A stretch of 64,000 bases of DNA, taken from the NCBI GenBank assembly GCA_017499595.2, contig CM039001.1, positions 1,116,001 to 1,180,000 of the forward strand, written 5' to 3'. Source of the DNA: Psilocybe cubensis (lineage: Eukaryota). Positions within the stretch are counted from its first letter, which is position 1. Every line of letters starts with the position of its first letter. Both the position numbers and the translations under genes were made by a program. The notes under the pieces are model-generated. The model worked only from the letters and a program-made list of their open reading frames with translations, searched no databases and was not told the origin of the DNA. Shown one piece after another: positions 39,044-51,172 of the stretch.

Positions 39044-42000
39044 TTATTGACCACGCGCCAGGGCATCTTGGATTTGCTTTAGTACAGTTGGATCAGCATG
39101 GTCCAGATAGGACTTGAAGTTGGCAGGTCCGCAATTAGCTTCTGCTTCCCTGATTTGAGAACCCACAAACGGAACCAATTGAGTTACGCGAATCGGGTCT
39201 CTATCATAAACCTGAAAATTGAAGACATGAATACAACAAAGCGTTTACAAGGTTATATCGGATCCTCACCGCTTGACGACGACTATACTCCGGGGTACCT
39301 TCAGTCTCACGAAAATACGAAGATGGAGGTTTATCCAATTCCCAGAAGCGATGAAGATTTGTTGGCGATGGTGGTTCACTGCTGATGAAGATCGTGATTT
39401 ATTAAAATTGCCAATGAATGACGTAGCATAGAGCAACTCACTCAGATTCTTGGCGGAGGGCAGCTTGATCTTCAGCTTCTTTGAGCTCTCCAAATACATC
39501 AAGCCACAGGTTGAATATTTCTCCAGAAATCCGCGCAAGTACTTCTACGCGGGCAGTGGAGACTAACACAGCGATTCCCATAGCGGTCAATTTACGATGT
39601 CGTGGTTCGCTCATGTTGTCAAACTAAACAAAATCAACATACAAATCAGATCGATGGCGGTTATCCAATACGACATACCTTCCCCCACCACTGATCCATT
39701 AGAAGATCAATAATGACACTTTCGGCTTGACCTAACACAGCCGAGCTGGCAGAGATGAGTTGAAGAAACATGCCGCGATCAGACATGATTATGCGCGAGA
39801 ATAAGTATATATGTTCTGTGAGGAAAAGTGTGTCTCCCTACGTTTCTCGTCAAATAAAGTCATTCGATTAATAAAATTGACAAACTGATTTGCTCACCTC
39901 TCCCGCAATCAATGTCTTCAACAAATGAGGGAATAAGCCCGATACATGTAAGGGTTCGCCCCAGAGTTCTGAAGGGGCAAGCTGTATAAGAAGGGAGAGT
40001 GACTGCAACAAATCCTTAGCATTCAGTTCAATTATTTTATTGTTAAACGCAGAAAGATAGGCTCTGAAGATTTCAACGGCACTACTCTGAGCAATAAAAT
40101 ATAAGCGCGGACGAAATTTCAACCAAGAGTGGATTCACCTTCAAGATATGGACCGCATCTAGCAGAAAGTATGACTCAATAATCAGTGTAATACTTCCTA
40201 GAAGGTCTAGGTTGGTGGCAAGCAGATTAATCGCTTCAGGGAAGACGTCACGCAAACAAGGGCTCCCGTCAGAACTTGCAACGGTCACGGTATTGCGCAA
40301 AGCGCCAATCCAAAGGTTTAATGCATCGCCATCTAGTTGAGCAATTGACTACTAGGTATGTCAGGAATGAATGATAGACGAGTGTCAAACATAAAATGCT
40401 GACTCCAGGTGACAAACTCTCGCGAAGGAGGGGGACCACTAAAGGCCCCAAAGAACTGGAATGTTCTTTGACAGCCTGTACCATGCATGAAATTTTGCGC
40501 AGTTTTTTTTAGAGAACTGGGCATACCTCCACTAATTTTGTGACTGTATCAAGGAGCGACGCTTTGAACAAAAAGTCACCCTCCGCAGAAACCCCTGCTC
40601 GTCGTAAGAAGAGGAAGCAGAATATCAGGATTGAAAATTTTCTTTACTCACAGAGTTGAGGTATGGGTTCAGTGATAACAGAAATGAAAGGTAACACCTG
40701 GACGCAAAAGTCAGTCGTTTGCAAAATGTTTCAAAATGATATGAGTTACACACCAGAGTACCGGATTGTTGGATCACTGTGTTCAAGCTCTCATCAACCT
40801 TTCTCTTACTTTCAAGTGTTTCTGCCTCAGCCATGATTTGGATTAATTGGGGAATCGCTGTTGCCAAGAATGGTGCAAATCCGTTTGCGTCGAAGCTCAA
40901 TGACTATGTATACAGTGTGGGTCTGTGTTGAGTAAGATTCAAGGAGTGGAAATAGGCAACCTACATCTACACATTCCCGCAATGATGATGCAGCTGTTAA
41001 CCTCACAACAGCGTCAGTTCCAGGACCACGATCCTGGAGAAGGTGAACCAGAATTTCCCATATCTTTGGGTTATTTGGAGATATGCAAGAGTCTGCTACC
41101 CATTTTCCGATTAGCCATGCGATGCGTCGTTTTATGATCGGATAGCTGGATGAAATAAATAGGTAAATCAATGTTATAGTGGAAGATAAAATCATATATT
41201 ACTTTGAGTCAGTTTCGTGAACCTCTGCAATGAAAGTCGTCTGCAACCATGTCTCAAGTTGTATTGCATTCTTGAGACGAATCGCACATCGCCCAATCGC
41301 ACAATACAGTGCTTCTTTCTGAACCACTGAGTCCAAATCTCGGGAGGGCTGGGCTACGTAAAAATTACTACCATTGCTTGATCAGGTAGGCGAGTAAATC
41401 TTACGAGCAATTTGTACGAAGCTTGCGGCCAATAAAGGGACGACAATGTCCGAAAATTGGTTACATAGTTGCATCAAAACTCTTTCTGAGCATGCCTATC
41501 AATGATATCAGGAGAGAACACTTTAAAGAAAACGGATTGATTGATGGACGTACTCTTATTTCATATTCCCACTGGTCATTATCTTTGTCTTCCAGGTTGA
41601 CCCATTCTTCGGGATCAGCCATCCAGCCCTCTAAATCTGCCGTATTGAGAGGCATAAAACGTGTGACAAGCAAACGAACAGCACTCTCGACAAATTGTTG
41701 GGATAAATCTAGCTGATCATCAGGTATAGTTAATATAAGCAAAAAATATGAATTTACTGTTCTTATTGGGAACACCACTTCGTGAAGTAGGGGTCCACTT
41801 GGAAAGGTTGTCTTTGAATAAAACCAGACCTTGAACTAAGAATCTGACGGGATAAAGCGCTTCATCGGAATCTGGCACGATCTGCAGTTAGCATGAAAGA
41901 TAACAATGACTTAGAACAAAAGTGGCATTGTTCACCAGCAATCATATTTTGAGGATACTCAGTTGAATCAACGATTTGCGACCAGTAGTACATAACTATA

Positions 42001-43286
42001 TCACCCGACAGTGAAAGTGAGATGAATCGTTCCGACGAGAGTTGCTGTAAACGGCGGAAAAATTTGCCAAAGGTTCTCAGATGTCTAGTCATAACGGAGA
42101 CCGTGAGGCGGGTTTGTTCGTTTCGTGGAAGTTCATTGTTCATGAGTGACATCACTATTCCCTTTCGTAATGCTGAGAGGGCCTTTACTTGCATGGCAGA
42201 GTTTTTGAAGAGTTCTTCAACCTTTGGTAAACATTAGTCAACGATTTTTAAATACAAGCACGTCTTACCCATGCCAAATTATGTTCGAGTTCCTCTCCTG
42301 ATAATTTCCCAAGTTTGTTCCATAGCCAAACTGCCATCTTAATTAGGCATTTGTACACCAGATGAGATAACAAAATATTGTCGTGAAGGCTTTGCGATGA
42401 GATGTTTTGAGGAGATATATGTTGTGCAGCGAAGGTCGCTGACATTTTGGAGTAGTATCCATAGAGTAGAAGACGGAGTTGTCCAACAATCTGGTTTCCT
42501 TCAGCAAATGTTGAAAAAGGCAGCAAGTAAAGGGTAGACGCACCAGGCCCATTGCTTTAATTCCATTTGGTAGCTTGATACTGGCGAACTCTTTCAAAAT
42601 TTTGTTCAGGAGAGACAAACTTCGTCGCAGTCTAAGAGTATCGCAAGGATCTTCCAATAAGGAGATATACCGTTTTTGAAGGTTACCATCGATAACATTT
42701 ACAAGGTCGTCTAAAAGATTTGGCCTATAAGAAATCAGTCCATCTGAAAGGTAACATATAAAGTATTGATAGCTGACCATTGACCAGGAAAATCGCTGCG
42801 GGCAAGTTTTGCAACGATGATTTGATTGCACTTTGCGATCTAGGAAAGGTCATAATAATCCCAAAATAAAGGCATAAAAAGACTAACAGTATCATCCTCT
42901 TCATCAAGGAACAACAAACACCTTTGACGTATGCGTAGTCGGTGTTCGTCGGAAAGTAACCTTTATACCAAGGCATGAACTAATCGAATGAAAAATTCAT
43001 TAAGAGAAGATACCCACTTTCTTGACCTCCAGTGTTGAGTAACCGTGTTCTTAAGCTGAATCATAGCCTGCTGTCTGATAACCAAGGGGGTTGTTTTACG
43101 GGCTGCGATTTCCTGAAGGGCATCGAATGCACCGAACATGTCGAGCAGTTGTTTGAGACGCTGACTTGACGATTGGATTTGGGACACATCTTGAGAAGAA
43201 GCGCCAACGATGACTTCATAGAGTTCTGTAGGTGATACACTTTGTACATTCACCCCCAATGCTATTGGTCTAGGTACCGATTGCAT
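39044..43286 (-). CDS. KAP120: Importin-beta family karyopherin, importin-11/Kap120-like
   Basis: IBN_N-like RQQAMIQLKNTVTQHWR, LEGWMADPEEW, KEALYCAIG, IIKRRIAWLIGKW, DAVVRLTAA, SEPRHRKLTAMGIAVL. Confidence 0.85.
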
Positions 43287-43541
43287 CGTTGGAAGAGCGA
43301 GCGCTCAAAGCGGACAATGAATGAGGCACGACTGATACTCTTTGATCTTAAATTTGGTCAAGCAATCCGAGGGATGATCTGGGTCCTTGAAGTAAGCAGG
43401 AAGACGGCTTGAATCTCAGAAATTAAAGCGATTCTATAGAGGATTATTGACAGTAGATGTCAGGATGCAAGTCGGATGGACCCTTGAATTAAAGTTACTT
43501 CGCCACTTCTGGATATCTATTGATGGCCCTAACATGCGTAA

Positions 43542-43558
43542 ATAACGCGTCGCGTTAT
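43542..43558. promoter_or_regulatory. MCB-containing inverted repeat ATAACGCG-T-CGCGTTAT upstream of SLX4
   Basis: ACGCGT at 43545 inside a perfect 8-bp inverted repeat. Confidence 0.6.
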
Positions 43559-43721
43559 GATGTTTGCATCTTTGTGACACGATTATTAGTTCAATTGTTG
43601 TCACAGTTAACAATCTTGACTCAGACCATTACATATGCCATTTCGGTGGCAACATATACCATTGCTACGTTGTTTTCTACCTACAACACGTCTGGAAACA
43701 CGTCTGAATACATCATTGGTT

Positions 43722-45816
43722 ATGATGTTAAACGTCGAGAAGAGTACACGTCGATCCCACCAGGATGAAATTATCGAAGACTCAGAACCAGAGCGGGAAT
43801 TGCATCGGAAACGCAAAGCGAAAACGACAGCTAGACGAATAACGTACAATGATTTATCTACCTCTGAAATGGGTCAACAACCTCTTCTCAACCCTCTTCT
43901 CAATGAAGTCATTGAAATTTCTGGTAAGTTATTTCGTCCTTGATGTTGAGAAAATCCATCATTGATGTAGCTGGCTGTAGATTCAGACTCTGAACCGTGC
44001 ATATCTAGCAAAGACATTCCTACAAATGCAGACGCGGAAAATAACACTATCCTCCTGGCGATACCTCCGTCAAACATTCTACGACCAAGTTTGTTATTTA
44101 TTAGTCGTTGTGTTATCCTGACTTAGGCTTATACCAGGGCAAATTTTGTCTACCAATCTTTCTCTTTCATGCATCCAGAAGGAAACTGAAGACTGCCCTG
44201 AAAGCTCAAACCATCCATCCGTCAACCATGAAAGTCGTGATGCCATTAAACCCATTCGCGTTTTGGACCCTAAACGCTTTGCTTACACCAGTACGATATC
44301 AACCAAAAGGAAAGACCTTCCAAATGCTCTACAAACCGCAAGTACCAAAGAAAGACGGTTAACAAAACCTGCGACTTTCGATTTATCGAACGACGATCTG
44401 TCAAAGGTTAACCATTGTGTTTGTTGTCAAGCTTCCTGGACAGTAAGAAAATCTGGGCCCCAGAAGTTGATGCATATCCGAAGCTGTGCCAAGAAACATG
44501 CATTGAAAGAAGAGACCGTTCGTGTTCTATTGCAAACAGAAGTTTCCAAATACGTTGCTCCACTGCACTCCAAGGGCAAATCGAAAGCTAAGGATTCTTC
44601 CGTTGAAGCAGTCTCCTTGACTAGAAAAACATTTCTCGAAGAAGTTTTGGGCGAGGAATCAAAGAAAAAGATCAAAAGCAAGCAGGTCGAAACCACCCTT
44701 GCTGATGTCGGCGCTATGCGCGATAGCATACTGGCTAGGGCGCAAAACATTTTGAATTCTTCATGTCCCAATGTACCCGAGCTCGATATCGGTTCCCCTA
44801 GGGTGGAGCAACCATATTTTTCACCTTTATTGTCACATCAACATCATGAGTCATTATTACCTTTGACTCAACCATTTCTGCGCAGCTCCTTAGCTGACAT
44901 ACACGGTTCTTCGGTTTCACTCTTCAACTCAAATGTATCACCGCCACGTGTCAATCCAATGTACACTGGTACAATACAGCGAGCAATTCACACTACTGCC
45001 TCAGGAACCTATGGGGCCAGTCCGCCCCCAGTGGGTTCAATACAGCCAAGTCATTCTTCCAGTGACGTATGGACTGCCTCATCGAAGTACGTTTTTCAGT
45101 GATAATTAGGCTCACTCGTAGCTACCCCCAACTAATATACCGTCATGTTTTTATTGTTGGATCTGCTTCATCAGGACCATTCGACGCCGCAGCCGTTTAT
45201 CCTTGGAAGTGAAGAGTGATGTATGGACGAATATTGATATGTGAAGCAAATTGTGAACATTTCTTAACAGGCGACTTCGCGAAAGGATCACGTAGCTGAC
45301 CTTGTCGATTCACTCGAAAAGGTTTCGTTGAGTTCTCCATCTCCATCTACAAGTTCTTCTCTGGATAGAGCACCGTCGACACTAGACATTCAAGCAACGA
45401 CGAAGGCACCCAAAAAAGTAAGAAGAGTATCCAAATCGCGTTCCCCTAAATCTTCTGCAAAGAAGAAAAAGAAAGCTGTCGATTTTGGCGCTAAATGGAA
45501 AGCACATATGATAAAATACATTACGCAGGATATTGCCCTTTACCAACGTATTCTACGCTATGAGGTAAGTCTTTTTTATTAGTTGGCCTCTGTCAATGGC
45601 CCTGTTCTCAATAGTCACAACTAGCCGATCCACTTCGATATTTTTCTAGAAATTGCCGCGCTCTATACACCTGTCAATTCGAAGACAAAGCAAAAAACAC
45701 ACATGTTTCTCGATGAACAGGTAAGCTTCTTCCGTCGTTTGACTCTCCTTGCATTAAAATTATTACAGGCAATCCTGACTTACGGGAGAGCTGGCTGGGG
45801 CTCACGCGGTCTGTAA
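43722..45816 (+). CDS. SLX4: Structure-specific endonuclease scaffold Slx4-like protein
   Basis: C-terminal Slx1-binding-like LYQRILRYE|PIHFDIF...FLDEQ|AILTY; SIM-like IIEDSE and VIEISDSD; internal CxxC...HxxxC finger. Confidence 0.72.
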
Positions 45817-45869
45817 ACGACGCCCTACGTAGGAGAAAAAGATTATGTACGAATATATATTACTAATAA

Positions 45870-47899
45870 TCATAGCGCTACTTCGGAGAGGCCAGCAACC
45901 TCTACTACTCCTCCCACTAAATGTAAACTTCCTGTCACCAAAATTTTTACGGGCATCCCAAATTTGGTTTGAGCCTCCTCGACTACTTTGACGGCATTCT
46001 CGATTGAAGGTAAGACATGTATGTGACCTGAAGGGAAAGAAGGAATAAGTTTTGACCATGCTGATGCCAATGCCTGTTGAGTTTTCAATTCGGCAAGTTC
46101 AGAGTCGGATATCGCTTTCGACGTAAGGTCTGCAAGAAGCAACGGTTCAGAATATGCAGTGTATGACACTAATATGTCCTGACCTCCTTTAAAATGGCCA
46201 TCAGCATATGTGACGTTCGCACAAAAAATGACATGATCAAAAAAGGTGGCAATGTCTTCGGAGTCTCTCCGAAATGATGCCAATTGTGTTTCACTCGTTT
46301 CTTTCATTGAACTAAGGAACGATTCGCCCGACCGGCCACTTGTGCAATTGAAAATGAGGAATCTCGGGGATTTGCTAAACGTCATATAAAAACCTGTATC
46401 AAGAATAAAGCAGGCTATACTCACGGTGTAGTTTCAGGGTCCGGAGCTAAGCCTACACCGGGATTAACAAACCACTGCATGCAACATTGTAAGCTTTCGA
46501 CGGTATGAGCGCCATCGAGGTACCAGGTCACTTGGGAACGTTTTGGATCTGGCACAGTTTGGCAACGTCCAGGCCATTTGGTTTGAACCAAACCTGCCTT
46601 GAAGGATTCCGGAAGGCTTTGGTCATCAAAACAGTCTCCTGTTTGTGCTTCCAGGAAACTTTTTGCAAGAGCGACCGCCAGACTAGCATTTTCAACTTGA
46701 TGGATTCCAGCAAGTCCTAAATAAATAATTTAGTATTTTTGTGGGCTTTCGTTTTATTCACAGTGACTGACCTAACTTCAAAGCAGATAGTTCCGGGGTT
46801 GCGGATACAATAGTCATACTTTTGGCCTACATATAGTTGTTAGCTGGATAATACGTTGAAAATAGTTGAATCAAGACCTTTAGCTCCTTTGCGCGAGATT
46901 CAAGCATTATTCTCCCCTCTTCGGGTTGTTTAACAGTAAATGCCGGGACACCTTTCTGAAATCACAGCTTTCAAACCACTGGAATAATTTGGAAATAGTG
47001 TGCCTACCTTGAAAATTCCGCCCTTCTGCCATGCAATTTCGGTCAGAGTCCTTCCAAGTACATTTACGTGATCTATTCCCAGAGCAGTAATGCCAGTGAC
47101 CACAGGAGTGGGGACGATGTTAGTACTATCATAGGTGCCTCCAACGCCAACCTCCAAAACAGTGGCATCAACTTTGTGTTCCATAAAAACATGGAATGCC
47201 ATGAGAGTCATGAACCTAAAATATCCAGGCATTTCAGGCGTAGTTGGAACTTGTCTCTAAAGATTCACATTGGCAATAAAATCATGAACAGTAAACGCAA
47301 CCCACAGTATTGTTGGCTACAAGTCGATCCCAGACTTCAAAGAAGTATTGAGTGAATTCGGCTTCAGACAAAGGAGCGCCGTTGATTCGTATTCTTTCTC
47401 GAACAGCTACCAGATGGGGTGAAGTGTATAAACCTGTCATACGATGTGTCTGGTGTCAAGTGCCGGTTATACGACATGGAAACTTTTAGATTACCTATTT
47501 TCCACCCCGGCTTAGCGCATCTGAGAATGGAGTCTGTAAATGCGCTAGTTGACCCCTTTCCCTTCGTCCCTGTGATATGAATGACGTTCAAGGCGTTGAG
47601 TTGTTGAGGCTGGAAAGTGTCACTTCCGGGGGTGAAAACAATTAAGAGACAAGTCTCACGGAGTATCCTATCCTTCCAAGATATTCAAGCATTTCTGGGA
47701 TAGCAAATGCACTTGAACGACCGCCAGATGCACGAACAGCTTCGAGGGTGGCAGCATTAGATTGAAGAGTATTTAACTGGTCTACGGCATCTCGGTATGT
47801 TTTTGTTGCCATGTATCTGCGGCTCGATAGGAATCCTGTATGGGCTTGATGAAGTGAGTAGTGTATTGATATGGGAAGGTTACGATGGTTCCATCGCAT
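45870..47899 (-). CDS. MET7: Folylpolyglutamate synthase (upstream ATG 47899; downstream ATG 47812)
   Basis: LNTLQSNA, NVIHITGTKGKGST, YTSPHL, YFRFMTLMAF, LEVGVGGTYDSTN, WPGRCQ, YLDGAHT, LVTGSLHLVGG. Confidence 0.94.
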
Positions 47900-48027
47900 T
47901 TCTTATCTGCAAATGTAATAAAAAAAACGCTCAGTCACGATGTCGACATGAAATGTGACTCGACATTACGGCCAGAGCCCAAAGAATTCGAACACTAAAA
48001 TAGTAACCAATCAAAAGTGGGCCTTGC

Positions 48028-48035
48028 GTCACGTG
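48028..48035. promoter_or_regulatory. GTCACGTG E-box (Cbf1-type) with a CCAAT box nearby, in the MET7 / BRCT divergent promoter
   Basis: GTCACGTG at 48028-48035 and CCAAT at 48007; function inferred. Confidence 0.4.
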
Positions 48036-48292
48036 GCCGTTCCTCAATTATCACGGCGCGTCGGACGCTCGCGACGAGTCAACTTGAACCACCTCTGTGC
48101 CTATTCCAATCCATGAACCCCACTGTACCAACACACGCATGACCCTGTTTAACCCATATATTTATTTAATCCCTTTGTCGATTGTTCTTCTCAAGGCCCG
48201 AACGTAACCTTCAAATCATTCATCTTCATCAATTCAATTCAGCTCCACTTTCTGAGCACTTTACTGCACGAACTGTAACCTGTGCAACGATA

Positions 48293-49164
48293 ATGGAGGC
48301 ATACTTTCCAGTTGTTACCAAAGTCAGACCCAAGAGCAAAGGCTCCTCCGACGGATCCATCCGTCCTAACCTTTCACCTGGATGGAGTGAAGATCCGCTC
48401 TCCATTAATTCCAAACGCAAAGATCAATCGGAAATAATCTCACCACAGTACGTCTCTGCTCTAACTATATGTTTCTGTTGATGTATTTATTTCACTTAGA
48501 TCTAAAGACCCTATAACTCTTTCCTCTGTAGATGTCACAAAGGGGTTGTTGACTACCCTGTCCGATGTCTCAAATCCGATCACTCATTCCAACATTTATG
48601 AAAGGACTGGTTAGCGTTTCATGCACCAAATGTGATCCTATTCAAACTTATTGTTGCATCTAGTGCATATTGTATCGTGTTCTACTGGACATCAAGTATC
48701 GGAGGGTCGAAGACACCATGTGGGATACACGGCCAGTCGAACAAAGAAACTTCAAGCACAACGGGATAATGAAAAGGCGGGCACTGAGGTTGGCGTTCTC
48801 AAGAATACCAGAATCTACATTGGAGGGTACCTTGAGAATTCAACAGACATCGAAATGAAACGACTCATCGTTCAAGCCGGCGGTGAGGTTGTGTAAGCAA
48901 ATTCGGTCTAGTCATTCCTTAGACTGCTCTCCTGACTGGCACGAAAATAGCCACTCTGCCTCAAATTGCACCCATATCGTTACTTCCCGGGGCTTAAGTG
49001 GATCGAAGACTGACCGAATTTTGACAAGGAAGGGAAAAAATAATGTGTATGTTGTCAAGCCTGAGTGGGTTCTTGATAGCATCGCAATTGGGAAGCGACG
49101 GTCCGAGCGGACCTATGCGGTAGTGAAAGCCTCCAATGTGTTGGAGGCTTTCATGAAGGCTTAA
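48293..49164 (+). CDS. Small stand-alone BRCT-domain protein
   Basis: Four exons; STGHQ...YTASRTKKLQAQ...LKNTRIYIGGY...MKRLIVQAGG...CTHIVT...VVKPEWVLDSIAIGKR. Confidence 0.82.
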
Positions 49165-49492
49165 GAAGGTATCAAATTCTGGTCGCTTATAGTCGTCGAG
49201 GGTGTATTTTTATGCATTGGTTCTCACCGTAGATGAGTAGTACTATTTATTCCATGTTTTTGAATACTTATGATCTCTTATGATCTTATCCTTACCACAT
49301 GAGCATCGGAATGGGGTTTATAGGAGAATATTTCGTCACTACTATAGGCGATACATGTGGAAATCTAAATCTAGTCTTTCTGATGTGGGGAAAGCCAGCT
49401 CCTTCTATTCAACATCTCTCAATCATGTGGCTAAAAAACAATAATTTACTTGTATAAATATGACCGGTCACTGACCATCTCTGTACCAGACA

Positions 49493-51163
49493 ATGGCGCT
49501 TCTTCGGGGACTAACTTTGTTTCTACTGGGAGTCAGGGTGTCTTCCTTGGTACCATCGAACAGTGCACAGAACAATGTATGCATTCTTACTCATCTTAGG
49601 TTTTTACTCGCTGAATACATGCATGGGGTAGGAATTTAACTCTATTCTCATAGCAGCTCCAGATGGATCTGCACGAGCAGCTTTCATTCCCTTTGGTGCT
49701 ATTGCCACTAATTTCTGGGTCAAGGACAAAGTTTGTTATTTTTCGTTGCAGAAGCGTTTGATTTCAACTCTCTCTTTCAAAACAGCATGGTGTCTTCCGA
49801 GACATCCTACTTGGATTCGATGACCATGTATGTCGCAAAGTTATTGTGTATAAAGCACACGTGTATTGAAAGAAATCGGTAATCTTAGACGTTATATCAA
49901 AGCGATGCAGAAGGACACCCCTACTTTGGTCCAATTGTTGGAAGGTTAGTTCAATCATGACATTCGAATATCATTAGTTCTGAAATTTTGAATATCAGAT
50001 ATGCGAATAGGATCAGAAATGGCACATTCACTATTCCTATAAGCAAAGATGCATCTGGCCCCAACAAGTTTTTTGTACCGAGGAACGAAGGTAACATACA
50101 AAAAAATCGAAAGATATCTACCTTTTCATTCAAGTTGTTGTCCTCATCCAGGCAATAATACACTGCATGGAGGTTTCGATGGGTTTGATCGTCGTGTTTG
50201 GCAGACAACCAAAGTCTCTTCCAGCTCCGTGACCTTCACCCTTGTTGACCCTGCAGGTACTCAAGGTTTCCCTGGAACGGTCCTGACAACAGTAAGTCTT
50301 GCTGATGCTACAGGCTGCCCATTCCTTAATATTTTTGCTAGGTGACGTACACTTTGGAACCAAAATCGACGTGGAACATCAAGATCCATGCAGTTGCTTC
50401 TGCTAAGACACCCATAATGCTGAGTGGACACCATTACTGGAATTTTGAGGCCTATCAGGAATCCCAGGACCTAGTCGGGCATTTTGTCCAGTTCGAATCT
50501 TCAAAATTTGTAGCGACAGATGGTCAATTGATACCAACAGGAAAACTGACCCCTGTAGCTGGTACACCTATGGATTTCAGGAAAGCAAAATCGATTGGCG
50601 CTAGCATTCCTCTTACCGCTCAAGCCCAATTTTGTGGAAGTGGTGTGTCAAAATATCTGCCTAATGATTAAGTCGATCTCGAGCCAGGCTTTCTAAACTA
50701 GGTTGTGTCGGATTTGACAATTGTTGGGTTTTCGATACAGTCGATCAAACCAAGAAGCCAAAATTTTCTATGTGGAGTGTTAATTCTGGTATCAAGTATG
50801 TTTGCAAAGCCCATTTGTGCAGATAATTGTTACTGACGCATTGACTTCAGACTTGACATCTTCACAAATCAACCTGCTGTTCAGGTCCGCAGCTATCTCC
50901 TATCTTAACTTGTCTTACTTTTCTTACGATCGACGCAGGTGTACACTTGCAATGGCATCTTCAATGCATCGCTACCCATCCCCAGAAAAGCGACACAAGG
51001 AGGTCCTAATAACATCTATGCTGACCACTCCTGTGTCGTCATTGAAAATGAAAGTTTGATTGACGCTATCAACAACCCAGAGCTTGGGGTTGATCAAATA
51101 TTCGGGCCAGGTAGACCCTACGATTGGGAGTCAACCTACGTTTTCTCCACAATACAAGATTGA
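49493..51163 (+). CDS. Aldose 1-epimerase (galactose mutarotase-like) with predicted signal peptide
   Basis: TATAAATA at 49453; hydrophobic MALLRGLTLFLLGVRVSS; DILLGFD, YFGPIVGRYANRIRNG, LHGG, GFPG, GHHYWN, LIPTG, GFDNCW, TNQPAVQVYT. Confidence 0.9.
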
Positions 51164-51172
51164 CTGTTATGC

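Noticed and set aside
1-47899. Folate gene cluster (MTD1 and MET7)
   Set aside because: About 45 kb and over 20 unrelated genes apart; compatible with chance
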